Positions 9,785 to 22,498 are shown, numbered from the stretch's first letter. The stretch is DNA of 64,000 nt from an uncultured delta proteobacterium (GCA_963831265.1 CAWHPQ010000018.1:28486-92485), one strand, 5' to 3'. Made by a program: numbers and translations. Notes: a model not told the origin generated them from the letters alone.

Positions 9785-10774
9785 TCAGGTCCGCGCCTGC
9801 GGGCCGCGGGATTCGATCATTCCCTTCATGAAGAGCTCGCCGGCCCGGTAGCTGGAGCGGACGAGCGGTCCGCTGGCCACATAGCGGAATCCGAGCTCCC
9901 GCCCACGGGCCTCGTACGCGGCGAAGGCATCCGGGGTCACGAACTCCACCACCGGCAGGTGCCAGGCCGAGGGGCGCAGGTACTGTCCCAGCGTCAGCAC
10001 CTCGACTCCGACGCCCCGGAGGTCCTGCATGGCCTGCTCCACCTCCGCGGCGTTCTCGCCCAGGCCCACCATGACCGAGGACTTGGTCACCACGTCCGGG
10101 AACTCCCCCTTCATCCGGGCCAGCACGTCGAGGGTCTGGTCGTAGCCGGCGCGGCCGTCGCGGACCGCGGGCGTGAGCCTGCGCACCGTTTCCAGGTTGT
10201 TCGCGAACACGTCCGGCCCGGCGCGCCCCACGGTCCGGACCGCCTCGGCGTCGCCCCGGAAGTCCGGGGTGAGCACCTCGACGAGGAGTTCCGGGATCTC
10301 CTTGAGCCGCCGGATGGCGTCGGCGAAGTGGGCTGCGCCGCCGTCGGACAGGTCGTCCCGGTCGACGCTCGTCACCACCACGTAGTCGAGATCGAGCTTG
10401 CGGACGGCGTCCGCGATGTGCCGCGGCTCGTCGGGGTCGAGGGGCGGAGGGCGGGCCGAGGTCCTCACCTGGCAGAACCGGCAACCGCGGGTGCAGGTAT
10501 CCCCCATGAGCATCACCGTGGCCGTGCCGCCGCCCCAGCACTCGGCCACGTTGGGGCAATGGGCCTCTGCGCAGACGGTGTGGAGGTTCAGGCCGGACAG
10601 GGTGTCCCGCACCCGCCCGTAGCGCTCTCCGCCCGGGACTCCCACCCGGAGCCAGCCGGGCTTTCGGGCGTTGATCGGCAGCCCGGCGGCCCGGATGGAC
10701 GCCAGGGCCTCGCGCCCGCGGTCGTCGGCGGGCTCCGCGTCGATCACGGGGAGTCTGGCTGAAGGATCGGCCAT
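9785..10774 (-). CDS. lipA: Lipoyl synthase
   Basis: Auxiliary cluster CPNVAECW and radical-SAM cluster CTRGCRFC; full-length 329 aa. Confidence 0.95.
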   Translation of the reverse strand: MADPSARLPVIDAEPADDRGREALASIRAAGLPINARKPGWLRVGVPGGERYGRVRDTLSGLNLHTVCAEAHCPNVAECWGGGTATVMLMGDTCTRGCRFCQVRTSARPPPLDPDEPRHIADAVRKLDLDYVVVTSVDRDDLSDGGAAHFADAIRRLKEIPELLVEVLTPDFRGDAEAVRTVGRAGPDVFANNLETVRRLTPAVRDGRAGYDQTLDVLARMKGEFPDVVTKSSVMVGLGENAAEVEQAMQDLRGVGVEVLTLGQYLRPSAWHLPVVEFVTPDAFAAYEARGRELGFRYVASGPLVRSSYRAGELFMKGMIESRGPQART

Positions 10775-10885
10775 CCCTGCGATTCCTATCCGCGAAGCCC
10801 CACCGGTTCAAGGTTGCTTGGCGTACTTCCGGTCCGGGGACTTCCCGTGGCTTGGCGCCTCCCGCTGGGGTATGTAGGTGCTCCC

Positions 10886-11977
10886 ATGACGGGCGACTCG
10901 TCTAGCCTGGAACCGGCTGACGGCACGGCGGCGCGCGTGCTGATCGTGGATGACGACGCGGTGGTCCGCGACGCCATCGGGATGGTGCTCTCCGACGAGG
11001 GATACGACTGCCGGACCACCTCGGGGGCAGAGTCCGCCCTCGAGATCGTCCGGGACACCGACCCCCACCTCGTGATCAGCGACATGAAGATGCCCGGCCG
11101 GGACGGGCTCTGGCTCCTCGACCGCCTGCGCCGGGAACGACCCGACACGGCCGTGGTGATGCTCACGGCATACGGCGACACCGAGGCCGCCGTGGAGTGC
11201 CTCCGAAGGGGCGCCACCGACTACCTCCTCAAGCCCCCCAAGTCGGGCGATCTGCTTCGCTCCATCGAGCGGGCCCTTTCCCGCCGGAGGGACGAGCGCG
11301 CCCGGGAGCGCTACCGGACGAGCCTCCAGAGGACGGTCCGCGAGAAGGCGACGGACCTGCGTCGAGCCCTGGTCGAGGTCGAGGCCGCCTATCACAGCAC
11401 CCTCTACGCACTCGTCGCCGCCCTGGACGCCCGGGAACACGAGACCGGCGACCACTCCCAGCGGGTGGGGCGCTACACGCTGGCCCTCGCCGACCGGATG
11501 GGCGTCCCCATGGACGGGCGGAACGACATCTTCCGAGGGGCCCTCCTCCACGACATCGGGAAGATCGGGGTCCCCGATGCCATCCTGCTCAAGCCAGGAC
11601 CGCTCGACCCCTCCGAGTGGGAGGAGATGCGGAAGCATCCCCAGACCGGCTTCAACATCCTGAAGTCGATCGGCTTCCTTCGCGTTCCCGCCGAGATCGT
11701 CCTGTCCCACCAGGAGCGCTTCGACGGCTCCGGGTATCCCCGCGGACTGCAGCGGGAGAGCATCCCGGTCGGAGCCCGCATCTTCGCGGTGGCCGACGCC
11801 CTCGACGCCATGGCGAGCGACCGCCCCTACCGCAGGAGCCTGGGCTTCGAGAGGGCCATCCAGGAGATCTCCCGCCAGTCGGGGACCCAGTTCGACCCCG
11901 AGGTCGTGGAGGCGCTGCTCGCCATCGGCCAGGCGGGCATCGAGACCATCGCACGACTGGAGACGCGCCCCCTGTGA
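10886..11977 (+). CDS. Response regulator with HD-GYP (c-di-GMP phosphodiesterase-type) output domain
   Basis: ATG at 10886 (codon 25 of the track ORF) precedes a receiver domain (LIVDDD, SDMKMPG, KP). This is followed by an HD-GYP domain (HDIGK, HQERFDGSGYP). Confidence 0.85.
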   Translation: MTGDSSSLEPADGTAARVLIVDDDAVVRDAIGMVLSDEGYDCRTTSGAESALEIVRDTDPHLVISDMKMPGRDGLWLLDRLRRERPDTAVVMLTAYGDTEAAVECLRRGATDYLLKPPKSGDLLRSIERALSRRRDERARERYRTSLQRTVREKATDLRRALVEVEAAYHSTLYALVAALDAREHETGDHSQRVGRYTLALADRMGVPMDGRNDIFRGALLHDIGKIGVPDAILLKPGPLDPSEWEEMRKHPQTGFNILKSIGFLRVPAEIVLSHQERFDGSGYPRGLQRESIPVGARIFAVADALDAMASDRPYRRSLGFERAIQEISRQSGTQFDPEVVEALLAIGQAGIETIARLETRPL

Positions 11978-12972
11978 CCGCCGGTGTTCCGACCCCGGGA
12001 TCCCGCCCGCCGCTCGTCGACCCCCAGGGGCGGCACATCGTCTACCTGCGCCTCTCCCTCACCGACCGTTGCAACTTCCGCTGCAGTTACTGCAGCCCGG
12101 GGATGGAGAGCGCACACGGCGACGTGCTGGAGCGCCCGGACATCCGCCGTCTGGTCGGGATCTTCGCCGCGATGGGCATCCGGCGCGTCCGGCTCACCGG
12201 AGGCGAGCCCACGCTCCGGCGGGACATCGTGGAGATCGTCTCCGACCTGCACGCAACCCCGGGAATCGAGGAGATCGCGCTCACCACCAACGGCCACAGG
12301 CTCGAGGAACTGGCCTTGCCGTTGCGGCAGGCCGGACTCCGGCAGCTCAACGTCTCCCTAGACACCTTCGACGGCGAACGGCTGACCCGGCTCTCCGGCC
12401 GGGCGGCCGACCTGGACCGCATCCGCCGCGGCATCGCCACCGCCGCCACCGTCGGTTACCCTTCGCTCAAGGTGAACACGGTGGTCCTCCGGGACGTCAA
12501 CTCGGGCGAGCTGGGGGATCTGGCCCGCTTCGCCTGGCGTCACGGGGCCATCGCTCGGTACATCGAGCTCATGCCCTTCGGGGGCGGGGACCCGGTCTCG
12601 GTGGTGGAGATGCAGCGACTGCTGGAGGCGCAGGGAGTCCGCCTGGAGCCCGACGCCACCCGCGGCTGGGGGCCGGCCCGCCACATGCGCGGCACATCGA
12701 TGGATTGCGGCCGTGAGGTTCGGGGGCTCCTCGGCTTCATCGGGGCCATCACCGAGAACTTCTGCGGTGACTGCAACCGGATCCGGGTGAGCGCCGCCGG
12801 CGCCCTGCGTGCCTGCCTGGGCGGCCGGGACGAGGTCCCGCTCGCGGCCATGCTCCGGAGCGGCACCGACGACGGCATCGAGGACGCCATCCGCGAGGGG
12901 CTCTCGCGCAAGCGCGATCGCCACCACATGGAGGAGGAGTCCTTCCAGTCGATGGTGCGGATCGGCGGCTGA
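11974..12972 (+). CDS. moaA: GTP 3',8-cyclase (molybdenum cofactor biosynthesis protein A)
   Basis: GTG at 11974 overlaps the upstream stop (GTGA). It has the radical-SAM CNFRCSYC motif, GGEPTLR, and the C-terminal cluster CGDCNRIRV. Confidence 0.88.
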   Translation: MTAGVPTPGSRPPLVDPQGRHIVYLRLSLTDRCNFRCSYCSPGMESAHGDVLERPDIRRLVGIFAAMGIRRVRLTGGEPTLRRDIVEIVSDLHATPGIEEIALTTNGHRLEELALPLRQAGLRQLNVSLDTFDGERLTRLSGRAADLDRIRRGIATAATVGYPSLKVNTVVLRDVNSGELGDLARFAWRHGAIARYIELMPFGGGDPVSVVEMQRLLEAQGVRLEPDATRGWGPARHMRGTSMDCGREVRGLLGFIGAITENFCGDCNRIRVSAAGALRACLGGRDEVPLAAMLRSGTDDGIEDAIREGLSRKRDRHHMEEESFQSMVRIGG

Positions 12973-12975
12973 CCG

Positions 12976-14427
<1,452 letters not shown>

Positions 14428-14456
14428 TCAAACCTCGACGGGAGCGGAACCGGCGC

Positions 14457-15779
<1,323 letters not shown>

Positions 15780-15818
15780 CTATTTGCTCGCTCGATCACC
15801 GGGCCGTCAACCTACTTC

Positions 15819-16004
15819 TCAGGGCGCCCCGTCCGGCCCGTAGTCGATGATGATGACGCCGCCCGAAGGCGCGTCCTCGGGAGGCTTCTCCTCGTCCGAC
15901 GGGCTCACCGGGATCGGGACGGGGATCTGGATTCCGGGGCGGTCGTCGCGACCGCGCTCCCGCTCGCGGCGCCGGATCTCCTCGATCACGAACGCGTCCA
16001 GCAT
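15819..16004 (-). CDS. Small hypothetical protein (61 aa, charged N-terminus, Pro-rich centre)
   Basis: The ORF sits alone in the eno/SRPBCC intergenic gap. Almost every codon ends in G or C, as in the neighbouring genes. I recognise no family. Confidence 0.5.
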   Translation of the reverse strand: MLDAFVIEEIRRRERERGRDDRPGIQIPVPIPVSPSDEEKPPEDAPSGGVIIIDYGPDGAP

Positions 16005-16066
16005 GGCCCGACCACCTCCTCCGATCTCGGTAGCACGCGCGGATCGAAGGGGTCAAGGTTTCGCGG

Positions 16067-16516
16067 TCAGCGTCCTTTTTCGGCCCGGGCCTTGAAGGCG
16101 TCGAGCGTCTTCGGGAGCTGCACCTTGGTGAGCTCGTCGCTCACCCGGTCCATGATCGACTGGGGGACGAGCGGCGGCTTCTGGACCTGGACCTCGACCG
16201 TGTAGCGGGCGAGCGTCTTGCCGGCGTGGTTCGAGAGTTCCCAGGCCCCGTTCGAGACCTTCATCATCTCCCCCTTCACGAGCGACCAGGTCATCCTGGT
16301 GGGCGCGTGCTCCAGGTGGCGGAGCGTGTACTTGATGGTCTTCACTCCGAGATCCACCTCGTACTCGACGTCCTTCACGCCCTTGTCCACGTGGACCACC
16401 CGCGTCTTCTTCACCGAGGGAACGAACCCGGAGTAGGCCTCGTAGTCGGCCACCACCTCCCAGAACCGCTCCACCGGGACGTCCACCACCATCTCCTTCG
16501 ACACCTTCGACGCCAT
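16067..16516 (-). CDS. SRPBCC (polyketide cyclase/dehydrase-like) family protein
   Basis: ATG at 16516 inside track ORF 16067..17221 gives 149 aa. The pattern (VPVERFWEVVADYEAYSGFVP, long C-terminal helix) is typical of the START/SRPBCC fold. Confidence 0.75.
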   Translation of the reverse strand: MASKVSKEMVVDVPVERFWEVVADYEAYSGFVPSVKKTRVVHVDKGVKDVEYEVDLGVKTIKYTLRHLEHAPTRMTWSLVKGEMMKVSNGAWELSNHAGKTLARYTVEVQVQKPPLVPQSIMDRVSDELTKVQLPKTLDAFKARAEKGR

Positions 16517-16536
16517 GGCGCCTCCGTTTTCCGTCT

Positions 16537-17502
<966 letters not shown>

Positions 17503-17519
17503 GATCCCTCCTCGGGTTG

Positions 17520-17924
17520 CTAGCCCGTTCCCTCGCCGACCATCATCCGTGCCAGGAAGTCACGGGGCAGGCGCCGGATCCGTCCGGTGCCGTCCACGCA
17601 GGCGTGCACGGTGAATCCGGTGGCGAGCAGGTCCCCTCCCCGGCGCACCGTGTACTCGAAGCGCGCGGATGCCCGCCGGGCGCTGGCCAGGCTGGTCTCG
17701 ATCGTGACCAGGTCGTCGTACCGGGCCGGTCGGAGGTAACTCACCCCGGCCTCCGCGACCGGGAGGATGAGCTTCTCCCGGGCCTCGAAGTCCGAGTAGG
17801 AAAGCCCCTTGGCCCGCAGGAACTCGGTGCGCCCCGCCTCGAACCATCGGAGGTAGTTGGCGTAGTAGACGACCCCCATCTGGTCCGTGTCGCCGTAGAT
17901 CACCCGGATCTCGCAGCGCACCAT
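17520..17924 (-). CDS. Acyl-CoA thioesterase, 4HBT/YbgC family
   Basis: A 134-aa hotdog-fold protein with the YGDTDQMGVVYYANY catalytic-Asp motif. Confidence 0.85.
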   Translation of the reverse strand: MVRCEIRVIYGDTDQMGVVYYANYLRWFEAGRTEFLRAKGLSYSDFEAREKLILPVAEAGVSYLRPARYDDLVTIETSLASARRASARFEYTVRRGGDLLATGFTVHACVDGTGRIRRLPRDFLARMMVGEGTG

Positions 17925-17928
17925 GGCG

Positions 17929-19245
17929 TCAGACCTGCTCGATCCGGATGAGCCGAGTGGGTGCCGTCGTGATGTCGTATCCGTCGATCTCCTGGATGGC
18001 GGAGCGGAGGTCGGCCTCGCGTGCCTGGTGGGTGACGATCACGAGCGCCACCGGCGCTCCTTCCTCCTCGTGCTCCCGCTGCTGGACGGCGGCGATGGAG
18101 ATCCCGTGGGCGGCCAGGGTGGCGGCGATGCGCGCCAGCACGCCGGGAGCGTCCTTCACCGAGAAACGCAGGTAGTACGAGGTCCGGATCTCTGCGTGGG
18201 AGCGGAGCCTCACCAGCGGCGCCGCAGGAGGCAGGGGCACGCGTCCGGGACTTCCGGAGAGCAGGTTGCGGGAGAGGTCGATGATGTCGGCCACCACCGC
18301 GCTCCCGGTGGGCATCGCGCCGGCACCCTGCCCGAAGAGCAGCGTGGGCCCGAGCGCCTCCGATCGCAGCAGGACCGCGTTCATGGCCCCGCGGACGCCG
18401 GCCAGCATGCTGTCGCGGGGGATGAAGGCCGGGTGGACGCGGGCCTCGATGAACCGGTCCTCGTCGCCCTCGGCCGTACTGGATCGGCGTGCAACGGCCA
18501 GAAGCTTGAGCGCGTATCCGAACTCCTTCGCCCAGGCGAAGTCTTCCGGGATGAGCTCCATGATCCCCTCGGTCAGCACGTCCTGGGGGGCGAGCCGGGC
18601 CCCGAAGGCCAGCTGTGCGAGCAGGCAGAGCTTCTGCGCCGCGTCGCCTCCGGAGACGTCGAGCGTCGGATCGGCCTCGGCGTAACCGAGCCGCTGCGCC
18701 TCGGCGAGCGCGGTGGCGAGCGGTTCCCCCTTCTCGGCCATGGAGGTGAGGATGAAGTTCGTGGTCCCGTTCACGATCCCGTGAATGGCCTGGATGCGGT
18801 CGGATGCGAGCGCCTCCCGCAGCGTGCGGATGACCGGGACTCCGCCGGCCACCGCTCCCTCGTAGTACACGTCGACGCCCTTCTCCTGGGCCAGCCGGAA
18901 GATCTCGTCGCCGTGGAAGGCGAGCAGCGCCTTGTTGGCGGTGACGACGTGCTTTCCGGCCCGGAGCGCGCCCAGCACCAGGTTGCGCGCCTCGGTGGTC
19001 CCGCCCACCAGCTCGACCACGACCTGCACGGACGGGTCCTCCACGAGGTCCTGGTAGCGGGTGGTGAGAAGCGACCGGTCGAGGTCGACCATGCGCTCCC
19101 TGTCGGGGTCCCGGACGGCCACCTTCCGGACCACGATGCGCGCTCCCAGCCGCGCCTCGATCTCCCGGGCGTGGCTGCGGAGGATGGAGAGGACTCCTCC
19201 CCCGACGATCCCGAACCCTGCGATGCCGATGCCGACCTCGATCAT
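17929..19245 (-). CDS. hom: Homoserine dehydrogenase
   Basis: ATG at 19245 (in frame in track ORF 17929..19818). It has the NAD loop IAGFGIVGGGV, the catalytic-domain GIVNGTTNFIL motif and a C-terminal ACT domain. Confidence 0.92.
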   Translation of the reverse strand: MIEVGIGIAGFGIVGGGVLSILRSHAREIEARLGARIVVRKVAVRDPDRERMVDLDRSLLTTRYQDLVEDPSVQVVVELVGGTTEARNLVLGALRAGKHVVTANKALLAFHGDEIFRLAQEKGVDVYYEGAVAGGVPVIRTLREALASDRIQAIHGIVNGTTNFILTSMAEKGEPLATALAEAQRLGYAEADPTLDVSGGDAAQKLCLLAQLAFGARLAPQDVLTEGIMELIPEDFAWAKEFGYALKLLAVARRSSTAEGDEDRFIEARVHPAFIPRDSMLAGVRGAMNAVLLRSEALGPTLLFGQGAGAMPTGSAVVADIIDLSRNLLSGSPGRVPLPPAAPLVRLRSHAEIRTSYYLRFSVKDAPGVLARIAATLAAHGISIAAVQQREHEEEGAPVALVIVTHQAREADLRSAIQEIDGYDITTAPTRLIRIEQV

Positions 19246-19844
19246 CTCGATGCTCCCTCCGTGCGGTGCGATTCCAGCTCCGCCCTGACCTGCGGGACCT
19301 TTCGTCCCCCGACCTGCGCGAACGTCTCGATGCGTACGGGCCCGACGCCGGGCGCGTAGGTCGTCTCCAGGATCACCTCCGCGTCCGGCCCCGCCCTGTT
19401 GCGGGCCCTCACCAGGATGCAGCCCTCGAAGGCCCCCGCCGGCACCTGGACGGTGACCCCGGTCGCGGCGATCTGGTAGCGCTCCGTGGAGGTTTCGCTG
19501 ACGATGGAGCTCCAGGAGCGGTCGAGGTCGAACGGGGCGCAGAGGATCCGGCGGATCCGGTCCTGGATGCAGCCGTGAGCCACCTTGAGGGCGCCGCGTG
19601 CGTCGTCGACGAAATAGCCATCGGCGTCCCGGGAGACGATCCGGACGGTGCGCCGCTTCGGCTCCCCCGCGCCCACCTGCGGCGAGCGATCGATCCAGGT
19701 CCACTCGTTCCCGACGGCGAGGGGAAAGTAGGCGGTCGGATCCGGTGCCGCGGAGGAGCGCACCACGGCGCCGGGAGACGCGTGGGAGCAGGCCGCCAGC
19801 GCGGCGCAGAGGAACCATGCAGATCGCCGTTGCACGGCGGGCAT
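19242..19844 (-). CDS. Putative lipoprotein, unknown function
   Basis: ATG at 19844 gives MPAVQRRSAWFLCAALAAC with the canonical lipobox LAAC. Its stop overlaps the hom start (ATGA at 19242-19245). I recognise no family. Confidence 0.65.
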   Translation of the reverse strand: MPAVQRRSAWFLCAALAACSHASPGAVVRSSAAPDPTAYFPLAVGNEWTWIDRSPQVGAGEPKRRTVRIVSRDADGYFVDDARGALKVAHGCIQDRIRRILCAPFDLDRSWSSIVSETSTERYQIAATGVTVQVPAGAFEGCILVRARNRAGPDAEVILETTYAPGVGPVRIETFAQVGGRKVPQVRAELESHRTEGASR

Positions 19845-19876
19845 CTTATCCCCAAAGCGTCGCCCGAACGCGCGTC

Positions 19877-20767
19877 TCACCTCGGCCCGTCCCCGCCCCC
19901 ACCCGTGGCGCGTTTGCGCCGGGCATCGCGGAGGGCCTCGCGTGCCGCGTGGGCCACGAACGGGTCGGGGTGGCCGGTCGCGACGGTCTCGAGGTAGGCC
20001 TCCGCCTCGGCACCGCCGATGTCGCCCACCGCGCGGACCATCTGGGCGACGAACGCTCCCTCCCGGCGCCTGGAGAGCTCGATGATCGGCCCGACGGCGC
20101 GTGGGTCCCCGATCTGCGCGAGCGCGCCCACCGCCCGATCGGCGATGACCGGGTCGGGGTCCTGGAGGCGGGCGATGAGCCCCGGTACCGCGGAGGCGTT
20201 CTTCCGGTCGGCCAGGACACCCACCGCGAGGTCCCGGATCCGCGGGTCGGCCGACTCGAGATCGCGGACGACTTCGGCGTCCGGCTTCCGGGCCTCCGCC
20301 AGCGCGAGGGCGAGACCGCTGGCGCTCCGCGCCGCGCTGCCCCGGATGGCGCGGCGGAATGCACTTCCCGTGGACTCACCTGCGCCGACGATCTCCGCTC
20401 CCCGGACGCTGTAGACGACCGGGGCTCCGGCGTCGCCGGGATCCACCTCCAGCCGGACCAGCACCTCGACCTGCGTGCCGGCACCCCGGGCCACGATGCG
20501 TGCGTCCTCCAGGGCAATCGCCCCCCGGCAACGCGGCGCTCCCCTGGCCGGCTCCGCCTTCGGAACGACGAAACCCGGTGTCACCGAGAAGGCATCGACC
20601 GCGATGCGCCTCAGCTCCTCCCGGTCGACTCCGACCGCCGCCAGGCGGGAAGGGCCCGGCCCGTCCTCGATGGAGACGCCCGTCAGCACGCAGGGCGCGG
20701 GTTCGCTCCGGCAGGCTGGGGTACCGAGCGAGACCAGGCCAGCCACGAGCCACGCACCCTTGCGCAT
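19877..20767 (-). CDS. Exported HEAT-repeat protein
   Basis: There is an N-terminal signal-like segment (MRKGAWLVAGLVSLGTPAC). The C-terminal half has PBS-lyase-type HEAT repeats (DPRIRDLAVGVLAD, DPDPVIADRAVGALAQIGDPRAV). Confidence 0.7.
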   Translation of the reverse strand: MRKGAWLVAGLVSLGTPACRSEPAPCVLTGVSIEDGPGPSRLAAVGVDREELRRIAVDAFSVTPGFVVPKAEPARGAPRCRGAIALEDARIVARGAGTQVEVLVRLEVDPGDAGAPVVYSVRGAEIVGAGESTGSAFRRAIRGSAARSASGLALALAEARKPDAEVVRDLESADPRIRDLAVGVLADRKNASAVPGLIARLQDPDPVIADRAVGALAQIGDPRAVGPIIELSRRREGAFVAQMVRAVGDIGGAEAEAYLETVATGHPDPFVAHAAREALRDARRKRATGGGGDGPR

Positions 20768-20794
20768 CGGGCTTCCCGGGACCGGGGTCCCCTC

Positions 20795-22498
20795 CTACGT
20801 CCCTTCGCCGGGCCCCGTGGGCGGCGGCTCCCCGGACGGTGGAACCGGCGGCGGGGCGCTCGCCTCGCCTCCCTCCGACGCAGGGGACCCATCGGCGCGG
20901 CGCTCCCCGCGGCCCCGGCCTCCCCGGCGCCTTCGCCGGCGGCGCTTGCGGCGCCCGTCTCCCGGGGCTCCGTCCTTCGATGCCTCGCCCGGTGCACCCT
21001 CCGGACTTCCTTCCTCCTCGGGACCGTCGCTCTCGTCCCCCTCGTCGTCGTCTCCTTCGTCGAGGTCCGGCGTGGGTGCCTCCTGCCGCACCAGCACCGG
21101 CGGTGGGGGCGTCGCGGACCTCTCCACGCCCTCGCCCGGACCATCGGGAGTCGCGGGTCCACCGGCGACGACCTCGGTGACGGGCGCGGCAACGGCAACG
21201 GGATCCGGACGCGGTCGGCGCTCCTCGCGCCGTCCCTGGTCCCGGCCTCGCTCCCTGCCTCCGCCCTCGCGGTCCTCGCGTCCATCCCGGCGATCGCGCT
21301 CCTCGCGGCGCGCCCTTCTCGCGGTCTCCTCCCGCTGGGCCGTCTCGGAGGCCGTGAGCAGGAACTCCTCGTCGGCTTCCGGGATCGAGATGATCCGGCA
21401 GCCGACGCCCGCGTCGGCGAAGGCCTCGGCGAAGGCCTCCCCGGCGATGAGAAGGACGGGGAGTTGCCCCGCTGCCGCTGCCTCGCCGCGGGCTTCCCGG
21501 TGGGCCTCTCCGGCGGTCACCAGCATCCCGATCTGGGCACCGTAGTGGCCGACATCTCGCCGGACTTCCGTGACGTCGCGCTTGCCGACGTCGGCTCCCG
21601 TGCGGACCACCCGGACGGCATGCCGGACGTCGACGAGCCCCATGCGCCGGCGTGCGGTGAACACCACGCTCTCCCTGCCCCGCTTCGCGACCTTGACCTC
21701 CTTGAGGCCGCTCGCCTCGAGCAGCAGCCCGACGAGGTGCTCGACCGTGGGGCCGTCGCACTCGCGCAGGCGCCTTCGCAGCGCTGCCAGCGCGGCCCTG
21801 CGCATCTCCGCGGGGCTGGCGGGCCCCAGCACGGCCGCGACCGGGGCTGGCCGATCACCGGGCTCGGGAACGGCGCCGAGCGTGACTTGCTCCCCGTCGA
21901 TGGCGAAGAGCGCCTTTCGTCCGGCCGACTCGCGACGCCGGTTGTCCTCCCGCAGCGCGGCGGCGAGGGAGCTGGTCTCCCGCACGAACGCATCGGGCAT
22001 CAGCATGCGTTCCGCGCCGAGCGACGCGAGCTCCCGCAAGCTGAGCGACCGCTCGGCACCGGACAGGATCTCGTAGGCGACCTCGGCCGGCGGCGGGAAG
22101 CGACGCTTCTTGTCGTCCCCCTCCTCGCGGCGGCGGCCTCGGCCCGCGTCCCGACCCGAGCTCCGCGCGAGCTCCCGGGCGGGGATGGGGTGTCGTTCCC
22201 TGGGGCGATAGGCGGGCTCGTCGGCCGGTGGCGGCTCGACCAGCTTCTCCAGGCCCAGGGGGTCCTCGGGCAGGCCCCACTCTTCCAGCGCGAAGGTCGC
22301 GTGCTGGACCACGACGATGGCACGGTCCGGCCGCGGCAACTTGCAGTGCGCGGCCAGCTGGTCGGCCATCGTGTCCTCGGGAATCTTCCCGACGTGGTCG
22401 AGAAGGCTCTCGTGGATCGCGATCTCGGCGATCTTCCGGAAGTGGAGTGGCTTGCCTTCCCGCTTCAGCACCTCGACGGCTGCTTCGGTGAAGGTCAT
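20795..22498 (-). CDS. Double HARE-HTH protein with a degenerate Mrr-like endonuclease-fold domain and a long charged tail
   Basis: ATG at 22498 gives MTFTEAAVEVLKREGKPLHFRKIAEIA, a HARE-HTH as in the RNAP delta N-terminus. A second HARE-HTH-like copy lies around AEVAYEILSGAERSLSLRELA. The segment TVEHLVGLLLEASGLKEVKV...MLVTAGE resembles Mrr_cat. The last 180 aa or so are low-complexity Arg/Glu/Asp/Pro. Confidence 0.7.
   Translation of the reverse strand: MTFTEAAVEVLKREGKPLHFRKIAEIAIHESLLDHVGKIPEDTMADQLAAHCKLPRPDRAIVVVQHATFALEEWGLPEDPLGLEKLVEPPPADEPAYRPRERHPIPARELARSSGRDAGRGRRREEGDDKKRRFPPPAEVAYEILSGAERSLSLRELASLGAERMLMPDAFVRETSSLAAALREDNRRRESAGRKALFAIDGEQVTLGAVPEPGDRPAPVAAVLGPASPAEMRRAALAALRRRLRECDGPTVEHLVGLLLEASGLKEVKVAKRGRESVVFTARRRMGLVDVRHAVRVVRTGADVGKRDVTEVRRDVGHYGAQIGMLVTAGEAHREARGEAAAAGQLPVLLIAGEAFAEAFADAGVGCRIISIPEADEEFLLTASETAQREETARRARREERDRRDGREDREGGGRERGRDQGRREERRPRPDPVAVAAPVTEVVAGGPATPDGPGEGVERSATPPPPVLVRQEAPTPDLDEGDDDEGDESDGPEEEGSPEGAPGEASKDGAPGDGRRKRRRRRRRGGRGRGERRADGSPASEGGEASAPPPVPPSGEPPPTGPGEGT

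Noticed and set aside
20795-22498. Restriction-modification or other defence system suggested by the Mrr-like domain
   Set aside because: The canonical catalytic D...(D/E)xK residues are not evident. There is no methyltransferase, helicase or ATPase partner nearby, and the neighbours are housekeeping or lipoprotein genes. I treat it as a DNA-binding protein of unknown function instead.
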